Shown: one piece after another, positions 37,021 through 46,892 of the stretch | How positions within the stretch are numbered: position 1 is the first letter of the stretch | Layout: the number at the start of each line of letters is the position of its first letter | Source: an uncultured delta proteobacterium | GTDB lineage: Bacteria; Myxococcota_A; Polyangia; Palsa-1104 | Direction: 5' to 3' | Assembly: GCA_963785725.1 (NCBI GenBank) | Contig: CAWAWS010000002.1 | Span: 1 to 64,000 of the forward strand | DNA length: 64,000 bases | Position numbers and translations under genes: made by a program | The notes under the pieces: model-generated | The model's input: the letters and a program-made list of their open reading frames with translations, nothing else | Databases searched by the model: none | What the model was told of the DNA's origin: nothing

Positions 37021-37925
37021 CTGGGCGTGTCCTGCGCGCGCCAGCCGTCGAGCTGGCTGGCCGAGCGCACGCAGCCGAGCGTACAGGCATCCTGACACGA
37101 CTTGTAGGCGTAGAACTGCGTGCGCAGATCGGCGAGCGTGTACTGCACTAGCGGCTTGGCGAAGGCGGCGCGCGTTTGCGAGCACCAGCTGACGAGGCCC
37201 TCTTCGTCGACGTAGAGATAGCGGCTACCCGCGCGGCATTTGAACGGCGCAGCGCCCTCGCGGATGAGCTGGGCGCGATAGTCGCCGAAGTCCATCCAGG
37301 TGCGCGGCAAGGTCGCGGTGACCTCGTCGAAGACGCGGCGCTCGTCGGCGCCGAGCTCGAGCCGGCCGTCGCCGGCGTGGACGAGCAGCACGCGCGGCGT
37401 GAAACCGAGCTGCCGCACGTAGTCGATGACGGCAGCCACTTCCTCGGGCGGGCACGCGCCGATGACGCCGCTGACGGTGACGTGGAATCGGGCGTGCTCG
37501 CGCAGCCAGCCGAGCCGCTTGCGCAGCCGATCGAGGACCTTCTCCGTCGTGGCGTTGGCGTGGACGCCGTCGATCGAGATCTGCAGCTCTTGCAGCCCAG
37601 CGTCGTCGAGCGACTGAATGAGCGCCGGCGTCAGGAGCAGCCCGTTCGAGATGATTCCCGTACGCACGAAGCCGAGCTGACGGCAGCGACGGACGATCGC
37701 CGGCAGATCGGGATGCAGCGTCGGCTCGCCGCCCGAGAGGCTGATGCCGAAGGTGCCGAGCGCGCGAAGCTGCGTCAGCCGCTCGTCGAGCAGCGCCCGC
37801 GGGACCGGAGCGCTCGTGCGGTCGTATTCGTTGCAGTAACCGCAGGCCAGGTTGCAGCGACGGGTGACGATGACGTTGGCGACGAAGGGGCTATAGCGCA
37901 GGCGCGTCAACAGGCTCACCGGCAT
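37017..37925 (-). CDS. Radical SAM protein with auxiliary Cys cluster
   Basis: CNLACGYC, SGGEPTLHP, SNG, QISIDG; C-terminal CRAG..YLYVDEEG.V.WCSQ...CQDACTLGC. Confidence 0.92.
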   Translation of the reverse strand: MPVSLLTRLRYSPFVANVIVTRRCNLACGYCNEYDRTSAPVPRALLDERLTQLRALGTFGISLSGGEPTLHPDLPAIVRRCRQLGFVRTGIISNGLLLTPALIQSLDDAGLQELQISIDGVHANATTEKVLDRLRKRLGWLREHARFHVTVSGVIGACPPEEVAAVIDYVRQLGFTPRVLLVHAGDGRLELGADERRVFDEVTATLPRTWMDFGDYRAQLIREGAAPFKCRAGSRYLYVDEEGLVSWCSQTRAAFAKPLVQYTLADLRTQFYAYKSCQDACTLGCVRSASQLDGWRAQDTPR

Positions 37926-40480
37926 GCGCGCCTCCGCGCCAGCAGCGGCAGGACGACGAGCGCGGCCAAGAGGCAAGCGGCCTCGCCCAGGTCGGCGACG
38001 AGCCCGAACGACCGCAGCGCGCGGTTCCGCGACAGGAGCAGCGAGCTGTAGCCGATGATCGTGGTCAACGAGCAGAGCGCGACGGCCGAGCCAGTGTCGC
38101 CGAGAATCGCCGCCGCGCAGTCGGGCCGGAGGCGCAAGCGCGCCCACAAGTTCGCCGCGTAGTCGGCGCCGACCCCGAGCGTGATCGGCAGCGCCACGAA
38201 GTTCATGAAGTTGATCTTGAGCCCGAGCGCACCGCCGGCACCGCCGAGCCAGACGAGGCCGATCACGAGCGCGAGCGCGACGGGCGCGACGTCACGCGGC
38301 CCGAACGACAAGAGCAGCACCAGCGCCACGCCGAAGAGCGCGGCCAGCGTCACGCGCGGCCCTTGAGCGATGACGCTTTCCATCATGCCGGCGAACACCG
38401 TGACCGCGGAGGCCGCGACCCAGTGACGACCGAGCGCGTCCACTTGCAGCGCGCGCGCCAGCCGCAAGATGTCGTGGCCATTCCAGTCGTAGTACGTCGC
38501 GCGATCGACGTCGATGCCCACGAGTCGCCCGCGCTGGCCGTCGCGCTCGGTAAAGGCGTCACGAATCTGCCGTGGCAGATCGTCGACCGTGAGCAGCCGC
38601 AGCGTCTCGGGTGGACGCCACGCCGCCAGCTCCGTCCCGAGGGCGTCGCGGTGGCGATCGAGCGTGCGCCGAATCTTGGCCAGCAGCGCCAGCTTGGCCG
38701 GCTGATCGGCAGGCAGCATCGAGCTCAGCGTGCGCACCGCGGCCAAGACGTGCGCCGGCCCGAGCGCGGCGTCGGCTGCCTTCATGGCCGCGGCCACGGC
38801 GTCGGCTTGCGCCGGCTCGTCGACGAGCAGCACGCCTTTGTTGCCGATGTAGCCGGCGCTGACGTCGCCCAAGCCCAGCGCTTCCATCTTGGGCCATAGC
38901 CGCTGCGACGGAGTCGCCTCGCTGCGCAGCCGATCGAGGTTCCACTCGAGCGGATCGCGCGCGACCCGGATGAGCGGCCCGAGCGCCGCCGCCAGCAGCG
39001 CCGCCACGACGAGCGCCGTCAGCGCCGAGCGACGTTGCACGGCGGCGCCCAGGGCCGCGAACGGACGGCGCCACGCATTGCGCCGAGGTGTAAGTCGACC
39101 CGGCCAGCGACGCTCGCCAAAGAGCACGAGCGGCGGCACGAGCGCGAACGTCGCCAGCCAGACCAGCAGCATGCCGCCGCCACCGATGATCCCGAACTGA
39201 TTGAAGCCGCGAAAGCTCGTCAACGTGAGGCAGCCGTATGCGACCGACGCCGCCGCCATCGCCGTCAGCGTGCCCACGAACGTCTCCTCGAGCGCCGTCG
39301 TCAACGCCGTGGTGACGGCAACCGTCGCCCCCCGCCGCTCTTCGCCATATCGCGCCAACAAGACAATCGGCGAGTTGATGCCGTTGCCGAGAATGATCGA
39401 GATGAGAAACGCCGTGTTGAGGTTGAGATAGCGGATACCGATCGAGGCCAATGCCAGCGCCAAGAGCAGGCCCAGCACGGCCGGCGCACCGATGACGACG
39501 AGCAGCGCCCAGCGGCGAAAGTAGAGTTGGATCGCGAGCAGAACCAGCGCGAAGCAGACCACCGTGGCCAGCGTCAGGTCGGCGCGAATGCCGTCCTGCT
39601 CGTCGATGGCCTGGGCGATGCCGCCGCTGAATTCGACGACCATGTGTGGATCGAAGCGGCGTGGATCGACGGCAGCCACGGCGGCCTGCACGGCGCGCAG
39701 CGCCTCGCGGTCGCCGCTGGAGGCGATGCCGCCGAGGCCGCGCCACAAGAGGGCGCCGAGGTAGCGCTGGCCATCGATGGTGCGCTCGAACCAGCTCGAC
39801 TGCGGCAGCGCGGGTAGCCGCTGCTCGCGCTCCTGGCGCAGTCGCTCGAGCTCGGCCGCGGGGTCGCCGTCCAAGTCGAGCGCCAGCGGGTTGAGCCGGC
39901 GGGCGACGACGCGATCGAGCAGCTCATCGGCGCGTCGGAGGTCGGCGAGGTCGGCATAGAGCCACTTTTGCTGCGCAGCGAACTCCGGCAGCTCGCGGTC
40001 GGGCCGCCACTCGATTTCGGAGAACGTCGTCGGCACGAGCTTCTGCAGCCGGGGCGCCAGCTCGCGAACAAAGGCGCGGTCTGCCTCGGCCGACGGGCTG
40101 CGGACGAGCAGCACGAGGTTGGAGGCGCTCTTTTGATGGGCGGCCATCTCCCGCAACGCCAACACGGCCGGGTGATGGTCGGGCAGTAGCTCGGTCATGT
40201 CGGTGTGCAGCTCGAGACGCAGGGCGAAGGCGAGCGATAGTAGCGCCAACAGTCCGAGCCCGGCGAGCAACGCTACGTCGTGGCGCGCCGCGAAGGCGAC
40301 GTAACGCGCGAACGGCCGGCTCGGCAGAGATGGGCGGCGCGACAATGTAGACGCACCGTCGCACGAATGGGCCCAACGGCCAAGGTCGCCGTGCACATCG
40401 AGCGTGCGTTCGCGCACAAGCGCGACGACGTGCCTCCGGCGGAGGTTGTCGACCTCGTGCTGCAGACCAAGCTGACGCAC
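37916..40480 (-). CDS. MMPL/HpnN-like RND lipid transporter
   Basis: Two repeats of periplasmic domain + 5-6 TM; IILGNGINSPI and ITLGVGADY motifs. Start likely somewhat downstream. Confidence 0.88.
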   Translation of the reverse strand: MRQLGLQHEVDNLRRRHVVALVRERTLDVHGDLGRWAHSCDGASTLSRRPSLPSRPFARYVAFAARHDVALLAGLGLLALLSLAFALRLELHTDMTELLPDHHPAVLALREMAAHQKSASNLVLLVRSPSAEADRAFVRELAPRLQKLVPTTFSEIEWRPDRELPEFAAQQKWLYADLADLRRADELLDRVVARRLNPLALDLDGDPAAELERLRQEREQRLPALPQSSWFERTIDGQRYLGALLWRGLGGIASSGDREALRAVQAAVAAVDPRRFDPHMVVEFSGGIAQAIDEQDGIRADLTLATVVCFALVLLAIQLYFRRWALLVVIGAPAVLGLLLALALASIGIRYLNLNTAFLISIILGNGINSPIVLLARYGEERRGATVAVTTALTTALEETFVGTLTAMAAASVAYGCLTLTSFRGFNQFGIIGGGGMLLVWLATFALVPPLVLFGERRWPGRLTPRRNAWRRPFAALGAAVQRRSALTALVVAALLAAALGPLIRVARDPLEWNLDRLRSEATPSQRLWPKMEALGLGDVSAGYIGNKGVLLVDEPAQADAVAAAMKAADAALGPAHVLAAVRTLSSMLPADQPAKLALLAKIRRTLDRHRDALGTELAAWRPPETLRLLTVDDLPRQIRDAFTERDGQRGRLVGIDVDRATYYDWNGHDILRLARALQVDALGRHWVAASAVTVFAGMMESVIAQGPRVTLAALFGVALVLLLSFGPRDVAPVALALVIGLVWLGGAGGALGLKINFMNFVALPITLGVGADYAANLWARLRLRPDCAAAILGDTGSAVALCSLTTIIGYSSLLLSRNRALRSFGLVADLGEAACLLAALVVLPLLARRRACR

Positions 40481-40719
40481 GCGGGGAAGCAGGATTTGGC
40501 GGCTTATTTTGCGCGCGCTCTCGCCGAGCCTGCTCGGCGCGCGTCACAGCGCAGGCAGGACCAGCGACGCGAGCGGTCGTCGAACGCGCAGAGCGGCAGC
40601 GGCGCGTCGTGGCCGAGGAAACTCACGAAGCGGCAGCTCCGCCGCAGCCTCTGGCTCTCAGCGAGCGCGAGCGCGAGCGCGAGCGCAGCGGCGCGCGACT
40701 TCTCCTGACACTGCCGCTT

Positions 40720-40988
40720 CCGGAAGAACACTGCGACGACGGCGGCATATCAGTCGCCATAAGATCAGGCGAGGGTCCGTTTAGATCCGACTCGATCGCG
40801 GCGTCCGCGATTGCCAGGTCGGCTCGCACGGGACTACCTGATGAATTCATAAGATCGACTAACATTCCGGCGTCGGATGCAGCAGGATTCCCCAGATCAG
40901 CGCGGCCAACATCCGAGGCGCTCGGGAACCGGAGCGGACGATCGGCGCATCCCATCACGACAAGAAGAACCAATAATCTTGGAAACAA
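40720..40988 (-). pseudogene. Truncated lipoprotein N-terminus with DL/DM spacer repeats
   Basis: MFPRLLVLLVVMGC lipobox, then ADLG/DAG/ADLA/PDLM repeats like the gene at 18544; degenerates into a microsatellite. Confidence 0.5.
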
Positions 40989-41034
40989 GGGAACTCCAGT
41001 GAGGCTGCGCGGCCTATACGGCTAGATTCGGAAT

Positions 41035-41658
41035 CTACGCAGGCGCGATGCCGAACACACTCGGAACAGCCGCCCGCGCACGTTCACGCAGTGTGGTCAA
41101 ATGAGGTCTCAAAGAATCTGTTCGAATCTTCACGAGATCAGCCAAATCCTCTTCCTGCCTACCAATCTCAGCCTCATGAAGAGGGTGATCAACAGCCTTG
41201 TCTTTGTCTGCCTTGGTTATTCTGAAAACGCCGGTTTCCCCTTTCAGAACGACGTTGGCCACAATGTATTGAAAAACAGCGTCAGAGATTCGCATGCCAG
41301 CCCAAGCCGCATCGGCTGCTTCGTTAGAACGAACGGCCAACAGCCCGTAGGCCACACTAGCCACGCAGTCGTTCGCAGCGTTAGCCCACCTGTGCTCCCA
41401 ATTACTATCGATTTGAGTTTCACATCTCTTCAGCACAGCGGCCACAGCGATGTCGTCGCGATGGCCCTGCTCTGCATAGTCCCACGTCAAACGAAGTCCC
41501 TCGCTCACAGAGATTGGATCTGGGAGAGACATCTCTTTCGTCACCAAATCGAACCATGGCAACAACCGTTCGGCGCACAGGGCAGCAAAAACGCAACGTA
41601 GGTCGGGTTGAACCTCGCTCAACTTCTTAACGACGTGATCGACCTCGAAGTTCATCAA
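41035..41658 (-). CDS. DUF416/YjaG-like putative immunity protein
   Basis: FAALCAERLLP, LTWD, HPL..AEI.RQ.EDL..L; directly downstream of a toxin-like ORF in AT-richer DNA. Confidence 0.7.
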   Translation of the reverse strand: MMNFEVDHVVKKLSEVQPDLRCVFAALCAERLLPWFDLVTKEMSLPDPISVSEGLRLTWDYAEQGHRDDIAVAAVLKRCETQIDSNWEHRWANAANDCVASVAYGLLAVRSNEAADAAWAGMRISDAVFQYIVANVVLKGETGVFRITKADKDKAVDHPLHEAEIGRQEEDLADLVKIRTDSLRPHLTTLRERARAAVPSVFGIAPA

Positions 41659-41665
41659 AAGCCCT

Positions 41666-42043
41666 TTATCGCCTGCTCTTGGTTATAACATCAAAATCCG
41701 ACTCGATAAGTCTAGGGATACAAAGCCACCAGCAGAACGGGCGCGAGGTTGCAATTGCGACTCGCTCTAACTCGCCCGCGCCGCTTAAGACGACCTCCAG
41801 TATCTTACCTTCACCGTGGTCTTCGGGCAGTCTAATTGCCTGTAGACCGAGCGACTCGGCTTCCTCAATTTGAGCGGCCGTAAGATTTGAATTGCTGCCG
41901 GCGGCGACAACACCAATCTTTTGCCCCGTCCGCTCGCCGAGAAGAGTGAAATAAGCCCGGCTGCTGTTAAGAAGCCCGCTCGATTGCGCAGTTTTGCCTT
42001 CACCGTGCCACTCCCTTCGAACCAGCCGTCCCAGGCTGCGCAA
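41666..42043 (-). CDS. Orphan deaminase-fold polymorphic toxin C-terminal domain
   Basis: VVAAGSNSNLTAAQ...LPEDHGEGKIL...IATSRPFCWWLC: HxE plus SRPxC..C zinc-deaminase pattern; no delivery domain upstream. Confidence 0.6.
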   Translation of the reverse strand: MRSLGRLVRREWHGEGKTAQSSGLLNSSRAYFTLLGERTGQKIGVVAAGSNSNLTAAQIEEAESLGLQAIRLPEDHGEGKILEVVLSGAGELERVAIATSRPFCWWLCIPRLIESDFDVITKSRR

Positions 42044-42292
42044 AGACGGCTGTCGACATCGGCGAGCACTCGACGCGAACTGGGGAGGATATGGACAGGC
42101 TCGAGACCGAAATAGCGATGTTCGCTGGCGTTCTAATTCGCAAGGTCATCCCCCGGTTATGGCCAATGAGAGCCAGCTGCTGAGCTCGATTCGGCCTCCG
42201 CTTGCACAGACCGAACCATCAGCAAACTTCGCGATGGAGTCCACGGCGTAAATCGCTTTGGTGTTTCCAATTACCGGTTAGTGAAGAGCTTA

Positions 42293-43624
42293 GGGCCCGC
42301 GAATGCACAAGTCGACCGTTCAACCTTGTGCGTCGCGCGGCTTGATCACGTAGTTCCAGTCACCGTGGAAGTCGTGCCTGTCGATCTTGATCTCCCGCAG
42401 TTCCTTCGCCGTGACCTTCTTGCCAATTGGATAGTTGCGACGATCGAGCCGCGCACTCACCACGAGCCCGCCGACGTTCGTCGTGTTACCGATGAGGTTG
42501 ATGATCGTCTCGTACGACCGCAGCGGTCGCCCTCGCCAGTTGATCGATATGAACGAAAACAGTCGGTGCTCGACCTTGTTCCACTTGCTGGTGCCCGGCG
42601 GAAAATGGCTGACGTGGACTGCCAACCCGATCTTATCTGCCAGTCGCTGCAACTGCTGCTTCCAGACGTGTGACCGATAGCTGTTACTGCCGCCAGAATC
42701 GGCGGTGATAAAGATGTCTCGCGCCTTCGGATATCGCTTCTGGCCGACGCGGTTCCACCATGCCTCAATGGAAGTCACCGCGAATACCGGCGTGTCGTGG
42801 TCGACTCCCACGCTCACGAAGCCATCGTTGGCGGCCACATCGTAGACGCCGTACGGGATCGCTTTGCCCACCGCGTCCGAGGGAAAGTCGTGTACGTCCA
42901 CCAACTCCGGTTCTCCTTTGGGCTGCCATTCGCGCCCGCCGTTCTTGAAGTTGCCGACCAACTCTTTCTTCTTCGTGTCGACGGAGATCACCGGCACGCC
43001 ACGCTCGACGCACGCTCGAGCCTTCGCGTTGATGTGCTCGAACTGCGCGTTGCGGTCTGGATGCTGCGCTCCCTCGACCGATTTGTTCGGTGCCTGCAGG
43101 CTATAGCCGTGGCTGCGGAGCAATTTAGCCACGGTCCGGTCACTGACCCGAATCATGTGTTGGGCGAACAACTCGGCTGACAGCACTTGCGTACTTTTGC
43201 TCGTCCACCGCAGCGGCGACTCCGGATCGCCCCGCGTGACCGGATCAATGAGCCTTTCGAGCGCTGGCCATACCGTCGGATGCGCGACTTCGAACGGTCG
43301 CTTCCCGTTGCTGCGCCGGACCTTGACCACGTCTTCTGGGCGCGCGCCGGCGCGGGCTTCGTCGCGACCCTTGCGCACGGTGCTGATCGCCATTCCCGTC
43401 GCCCGCGCCACAGCGGCCACACCTCCGTAGCCAATGGCGCCTCCCTCGGGGCCGGCCCACAGTCGACGCGCCCGCTCGTCCATCGTCGGCTTCAACAGTC
43501 GCCACTTCTGACGAACCAGCTCTTCGGTGCCCACCCTGAAGGTAGATCACGCCCGGTTGTCCTTGTCGATCCTTCGCGCGACCTTTATTCGCACAACTCG
43601 ATCGACTCAGCCATTCGCGGGCCC
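42293..43624 (-). mobile_element. Intact ISAzo13-family insertion sequence
   Basis: TIRs GGGCCCGCGAATG-N4-AGTCGA at both ends; flanking TTA duplication at 42290-42292 and 43625-43627. Confidence 0.92.
42320..43534 (-). CDS. ISAzo13-family transposase
   Basis: TRGDPESPLRWTSKS, HPDRNAQF, ISVDTKKKELVGNFKN, KAIPYGVYD, PPGTSKWNKVEHRLFS, FHGDWNY. Confidence 0.95.
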   Translation of the reverse strand: MGTEELVRQKWRLLKPTMDERARRLWAGPEGGAIGYGGVAAVARATGMAISTVRKGRDEARAGARPEDVVKVRRSNGKRPFEVAHPTVWPALERLIDPVTRGDPESPLRWTSKSTQVLSAELFAQHMIRVSDRTVAKLLRSHGYSLQAPNKSVEGAQHPDRNAQFEHINAKARACVERGVPVISVDTKKKELVGNFKNGGREWQPKGEPELVDVHDFPSDAVGKAIPYGVYDVAANDGFVSVGVDHDTPVFAVTSIEAWWNRVGQKRYPKARDIFITADSGGSNSYRSHVWKQQLQRLADKIGLAVHVSHFPPGTSKWNKVEHRLFSFISINWRGRPLRSYETIINLIGNTTNVGGLVVSARLDRRNYPIGKKVTAKELREIKIDRHDFHGDWNYVIKPRDAQG

Positions 43625-43717
43625 TTAGTCGGGCCGATCGCGCTCTTTGTGCTGCTCGGCGCTTCCGGCATCGCCGTCATGCACTTCTATCGGCAGCCTT
43701 GGCGTCTCTGACGACCG

Positions 43718-44356
43718 CTATTCCTGACTAATGAGCCCGCGCCGCAGCGCAAAGCGCGTCAATGCCGCGGCGCTGTGCAAGTCGAGCTTCTTCATGAGGC
43801 TCGTACGATGCACGTCGACCGTCTTGGCCGCGATGCCGATGCGCTCGCCGATCTCGCGATTGGTGAACCCTTCGGCGACGAGCTGCAGCACCTCGCGCTC
43901 GCGCGGCGTCAAGCGCTCCAGGTCGTCGGCCGACTCCGGCTCGAAGTCCTCGTTCAGCGACGATGCGTTGGCCTGCGCGTCGAGGAAGCGCTCGCCGGCA
44001 GCGACGGTGCGAATCGCCGTCACCAAGTCGTCGAGCCCGGCGCCTTTGACGACGTAGCCGAGCGCGCCCGCGCGCAACGCCGGCCGCACGAACTCGGGCG
44101 CCGCGTGCATCGACAAGACGAGCACCTTCGTCGTCGGCGACAGCGTGCGCACGCGGCCTATCGCCTCCATCCCGTTGAGCTCGGGCATCGTCAGGTCGAT
44201 GACGAGCACGTCGGGACGATGCTGCGCCACCGCGTCCAGCGCCGCGCGGCCGTCGGCGGCCTCGGCAGCGATGGTGACGTCGCCCTTGGTCGACAAGATG
44301 GCGCGCACACCCGCGCGCACGATGGCGTGGTCGTCGGCGATGACGATGCGAATCAT
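43718..44356 (-). CDS. NarL/LuxR-family response regulator
   Basis: ADDHAIVRAG, DLTMP (phospho-Asp), GALGYVVK, LTPREREVL...KTVDVHR. Confidence 0.95.
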   Translation of the reverse strand: MIRIVIADDHAIVRAGVRAILSTKGDVTIAAEAADGRAALDAVAQHRPDVLVIDLTMPELNGMEAIGRVRTLSPTTKVLVLSMHAAPEFVRPALRAGALGYVVKGAGLDDLVTAIRTVAAGERFLDAQANASSLNEDFEPESADDLERLTPREREVLQLVAEGFTNREIGERIGIAAKTVDVHRTSLMKKLDLHSAAALTRFALRRGLISQE

Positions 44357-45207
44357 GACGGCAGCTCCTCGAACGGCAGAGTGACACGAATGCGCGTGCC
44401 GGGCCCGGCATCGTCGACGACCGCGAGCGCGCCGCCCGCGACCTGCGCGCGCTCGCGCATCGAGCTCAGCCCGAAGCCGCGCTTGGCCTGGTCGCGAATG
44501 CCGGCGCCGTCGTCGCCGACTTCGAGGCGCAGCTGGTCGTCGACGACGGCGAGCCGCACCCACGCCTGCTTGGCGCCGCCGTGCCGAGCCGCGTTGTGCA
44601 GCGCCTCCTGCATGCTGCGATAGAGCGTCGTCTCGACGTACGCCTGCAGCCTAGGCAGCGTCGGCGGCAGCTCGCAGTGCACGACGAGCCCGGCCGCGCC
44701 CGCGAACGTCTCGCAGTGCCGCTTGATCGCGCCGAGCAGGCCCAGCTCGGCCAGCGCCGGCGGTGCCAGCGCCGTCGTCGAGCGGCGCACCTCGTCGATG
44801 GCCTCATCGACGCAGCTCACGATGCCGGCGATCTCGGGCTGCTTGTCGCTGAGCGTCTCGCGCAGCGCGATGAGCTGGAGGCGCGCCGCCGTCAACGCCT
44901 GGCCCGCGCCATCGTGCAGCTCGCGCGCAATGCGACGGCGATCTTCCTCTTGCAAGGTCAAGGCGCGCTCGCTCATGGCGCTTTCGACGAGCTTCTTGGT
45001 CGCCGCCGCCGCCCGCGCCGGCGCGGCGTACAAGAGCAGCGCCAGCAGCATCGCGACGAGCGCGAAGCCTCCCGCCACCAGCTTGGTCTCGAGCAAGAGC
45101 GGCCCGGTATCCGACGGCAGCGCGCGTGCCGGCTCGAGCGCCCAGGCCATCGAGCACGGCAGCATCACGAGGAGGCCGAGCAACCACTGTCGCCACACGC
45201 TGCGCAT
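44353..45207 (-). CDS. HisKA_3 sensor histidine kinase, copy 1
   Basis: RRRIARELHDGAGQ, QEALHNAARHG, DDGAG, GFGL.SMRER. Signal-like N-terminus plus one TM; ATGA overlap with the regulator. Confidence 0.93.
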   Translation of the reverse strand: MRSVWRQWLLGLLVMLPCSMAWALEPARALPSDTGPLLLETKLVAGGFALVAMLLALLLYAAPARAAAATKKLVESAMSERALTLQEEDRRRIARELHDGAGQALTAARLQLIALRETLSDKQPEIAGIVSCVDEAIDEVRRSTTALAPPALAELGLLGAIKRHCETFAGAAGLVVHCELPPTLPRLQAYVETTLYRSMQEALHNAARHGGAKQAWVRLAVVDDQLRLEVGDDGAGIRDQAKRGFGLSSMRERAQVAGGALAVVDDAGPGTRIRVTLPFEELPS

Positions 45208-45298
45208 CGGTTCGCGCGCTCGAGTATACGGCCTGCGCGTCCAATATCGTGGCCATCGGGCTTGCAATCGCCGGCGGCAAACTGCACGCTTCGGCGAG

Positions 45299-45769
45299 AT
45301 GGACGCGACCGTCTTCGCCACGATCGCCCGGCCGCTGATCCTCGTGCACAGCGTCTGCGCCATCCTGCTCGTCGTCGCCAGCACGCGCCACGCGCTCGTC
45401 GCCATCGACTACGGCCGCGGCCGCTACAAGGTCCACGTCGGCCACGTCTTCGCCGCCACCGTCGCCGCGCTCTACGTCGCCACGATGACGCTGGGCGCGC
45501 TCGTCTATCCGACCTATCGCTACTACGTGCGCGGGCTCTTCCTCGATCGCCACGCGCCATGGGCGTCGAACCTGTTCTCGATCAAGGAGAACCTGGCGAC
45601 GATCGGGCTGCCGCTGGCGCTGGGCGCGTTCGTCTTGAGCCGCGTGCTCGATCCCGAGCGCGATCGCGTCATGCTGCCAGGCTATATCGGCCTCGTCATC
45701 CTGCAGACGGCGATCGTCTGGTTCAACCTGCTGGCCGGCTTGTGGGTCACGATGATGCGTGGCGTCTGA
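45299..45769 (+). CDS. 4-TM membrane protein
   Basis: Four hydrophobic helices; LVH..C, YPTYRYYVR, F.IKEN motifs. Confidence 0.75.
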   Translation: MDATVFATIARPLILVHSVCAILLVVASTRHALVAIDYGRGRYKVHVGHVFAATVAALYVATMTLGALVYPTYRYYVRGLFLDRHAPWASNLFSIKENLATIGLPLALGAFVLSRVLDPERDRVMLPGYIGLVILQTAIVWFNLLAGLWVTMMRGV

Positions 45770-45770
45770 C

Positions 45771-46154
45771 ATGGAGCGGCGCGACACGCTCTACTTCGCC
45801 TGGTGCATCAGCGTCGTCGCCGCCAGCGTCGCCTTCGTCGTCCCGGCGTTCACGGCCGTGCGCATCTTTTGGTACTACCCATTGCGCCATGCTTGGGCTT
45901 TCGAGACGCATCCGAGCGCGTTCGCCGTCGATTGGTACGGGCGCTCGGTGTGGGCCTTGGCTGCCGGCGGCATCGCCTTCGCGCTCGCGTCTTTCGTGCT
46001 GCCGCGACTGCGAAAGCCGTCGGCGCGCGCTTATCGTTTGTGGGCGGCATGGGCGCTGACGGCGACAGTGCTGGCGATCGCCGTCTACAGCTATCAGCTC
46101 GCACGTCGCCATCCGATCCCCGAGCCGCTGCCGTCGTGGTACGTCCCGCGCTGA
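45771..46154 (+). CDS. 3-TM membrane protein
   Basis: Directly follows the previous gene; three hydrophobic helices; WYYP and WYGR motifs. Confidence 0.75.
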   Translation: MERRDTLYFAWCISVVAASVAFVVPAFTAVRIFWYYPLRHAWAFETHPSAFAVDWYGRSVWALAAGGIAFALASFVLPRLRKPSARAYRLWAAWALTATVLAIAVYSYQLARRHPIPEPLPSWYVPR

Positions 46155-46164
46155 CCGCTTCCTG

Positions 46165-46806
46165 TTAGACCGACGACCAGCGCTGCACGAGCTCGGCAAT
46201 CTCGGCCGGCGTACTCACGAGCGCATCCGGCGCCGCCTCGCGCAGCCGCTCGGGATCATCGGCGCCCCAGGTCACGCCGATGAAGCGGATGCCGACGGCG
46301 CGGCTGGCCTCGATGTCGCGGTGCTCGTCGCCCACGTAGACGACTTGCGTCGGCTCGGCGTGCGCGCGCCGCAAGATGCCGCGCAAGAGGTGCGCCTTGC
46401 CGAAGAGTCGGCTGCTGCAGGAGATGCTCGTCATCAGCGTGTCGAGCCCATGCCGCGCCAGGATCGCGCGAATGTTCTCCTCGCGGTTCGTCGACGCGAC
46501 CGCCAGCGTGAGACCGCGCTCGTGCAGCGTCTGCAAGAGTTCCGGCACGCCGTCATGCACGCGCACGCGCTCGGTCGCGTGGCGCAACAGGCGACCGACC
46601 TCGACAATGAGGCCCGGCAGACGACGCGCCGGCACGCCCAAGCGCCGGCAGCGCTCCAAGATCGACAGCGTTCGCAGCTCGGCGAGGTTGTGCTTCGTGA
46701 TCTTCGTGTAGCCACGCTCGTCGGCGAGGCCATTGTACAGCTCGACGACCACGTCCAGCGAATCGACCAGCGTTCCATCGAAGTCGAACACGACGTGCGA
46801 AATCAC
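46165..46806 (-). CDS. HAD-family phosphatase
   Basis: FDFDGTLVDS, ASTN, GK, YVGDEHRDIEA, GVTWG. Confidence 0.92.
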   Translation of the reverse strand: MISHVVFDFDGTLVDSLDVVVELYNGLADERGYTKITKHNLAELRTLSILERCRRLGVPARRLPGLIVEVGRLLRHATERVRVHDGVPELLQTLHERGLTLAVASTNREENIRAILARHGLDTLMTSISCSSRLFGKAHLLRGILRRAHAEPTQVVYVGDEHRDIEASRAVGIRFIGVTWGADDPERLREAAPDALVSTPAEIAELVQRWSSV

Positions 46807-46841
46807 GGCTCGGCACTTTAGCCGGAAGAATCGTACGCGTC

Positions 46842-46857
46842 TAAGGCAGGCACCTTA
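46842..46857. promoter_or_regulatory. TAAGG-N6-CCTTA box 1
   Basis: TAAGGcaggcaCCTTA, 35 bp upstream of the ATG at 46893; same arms at 55713, 56013 and 56051. Confidence 0.8.
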
Positions 46858-46892
46858 TGGGGTCGCGCCGTCGACGTCGTCATCCTGGCAGC

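Noticed and set aside
40280..40708. Plus-strand ORF ending in a (GCGAGC)n microsatellite at about 40661-40686
   Set aside because: Overlaps the MMPL 5' region, no family recognised, and no evidence the repeat is a phase-variation tract.
41666..42292. Idea that ISAzo13 directly truncated the toxin gene
   Set aside because: The toxin frame has a stop at about 42146, and the target duplication shows both IS flanks were contiguous, so the loss predates the insertion.
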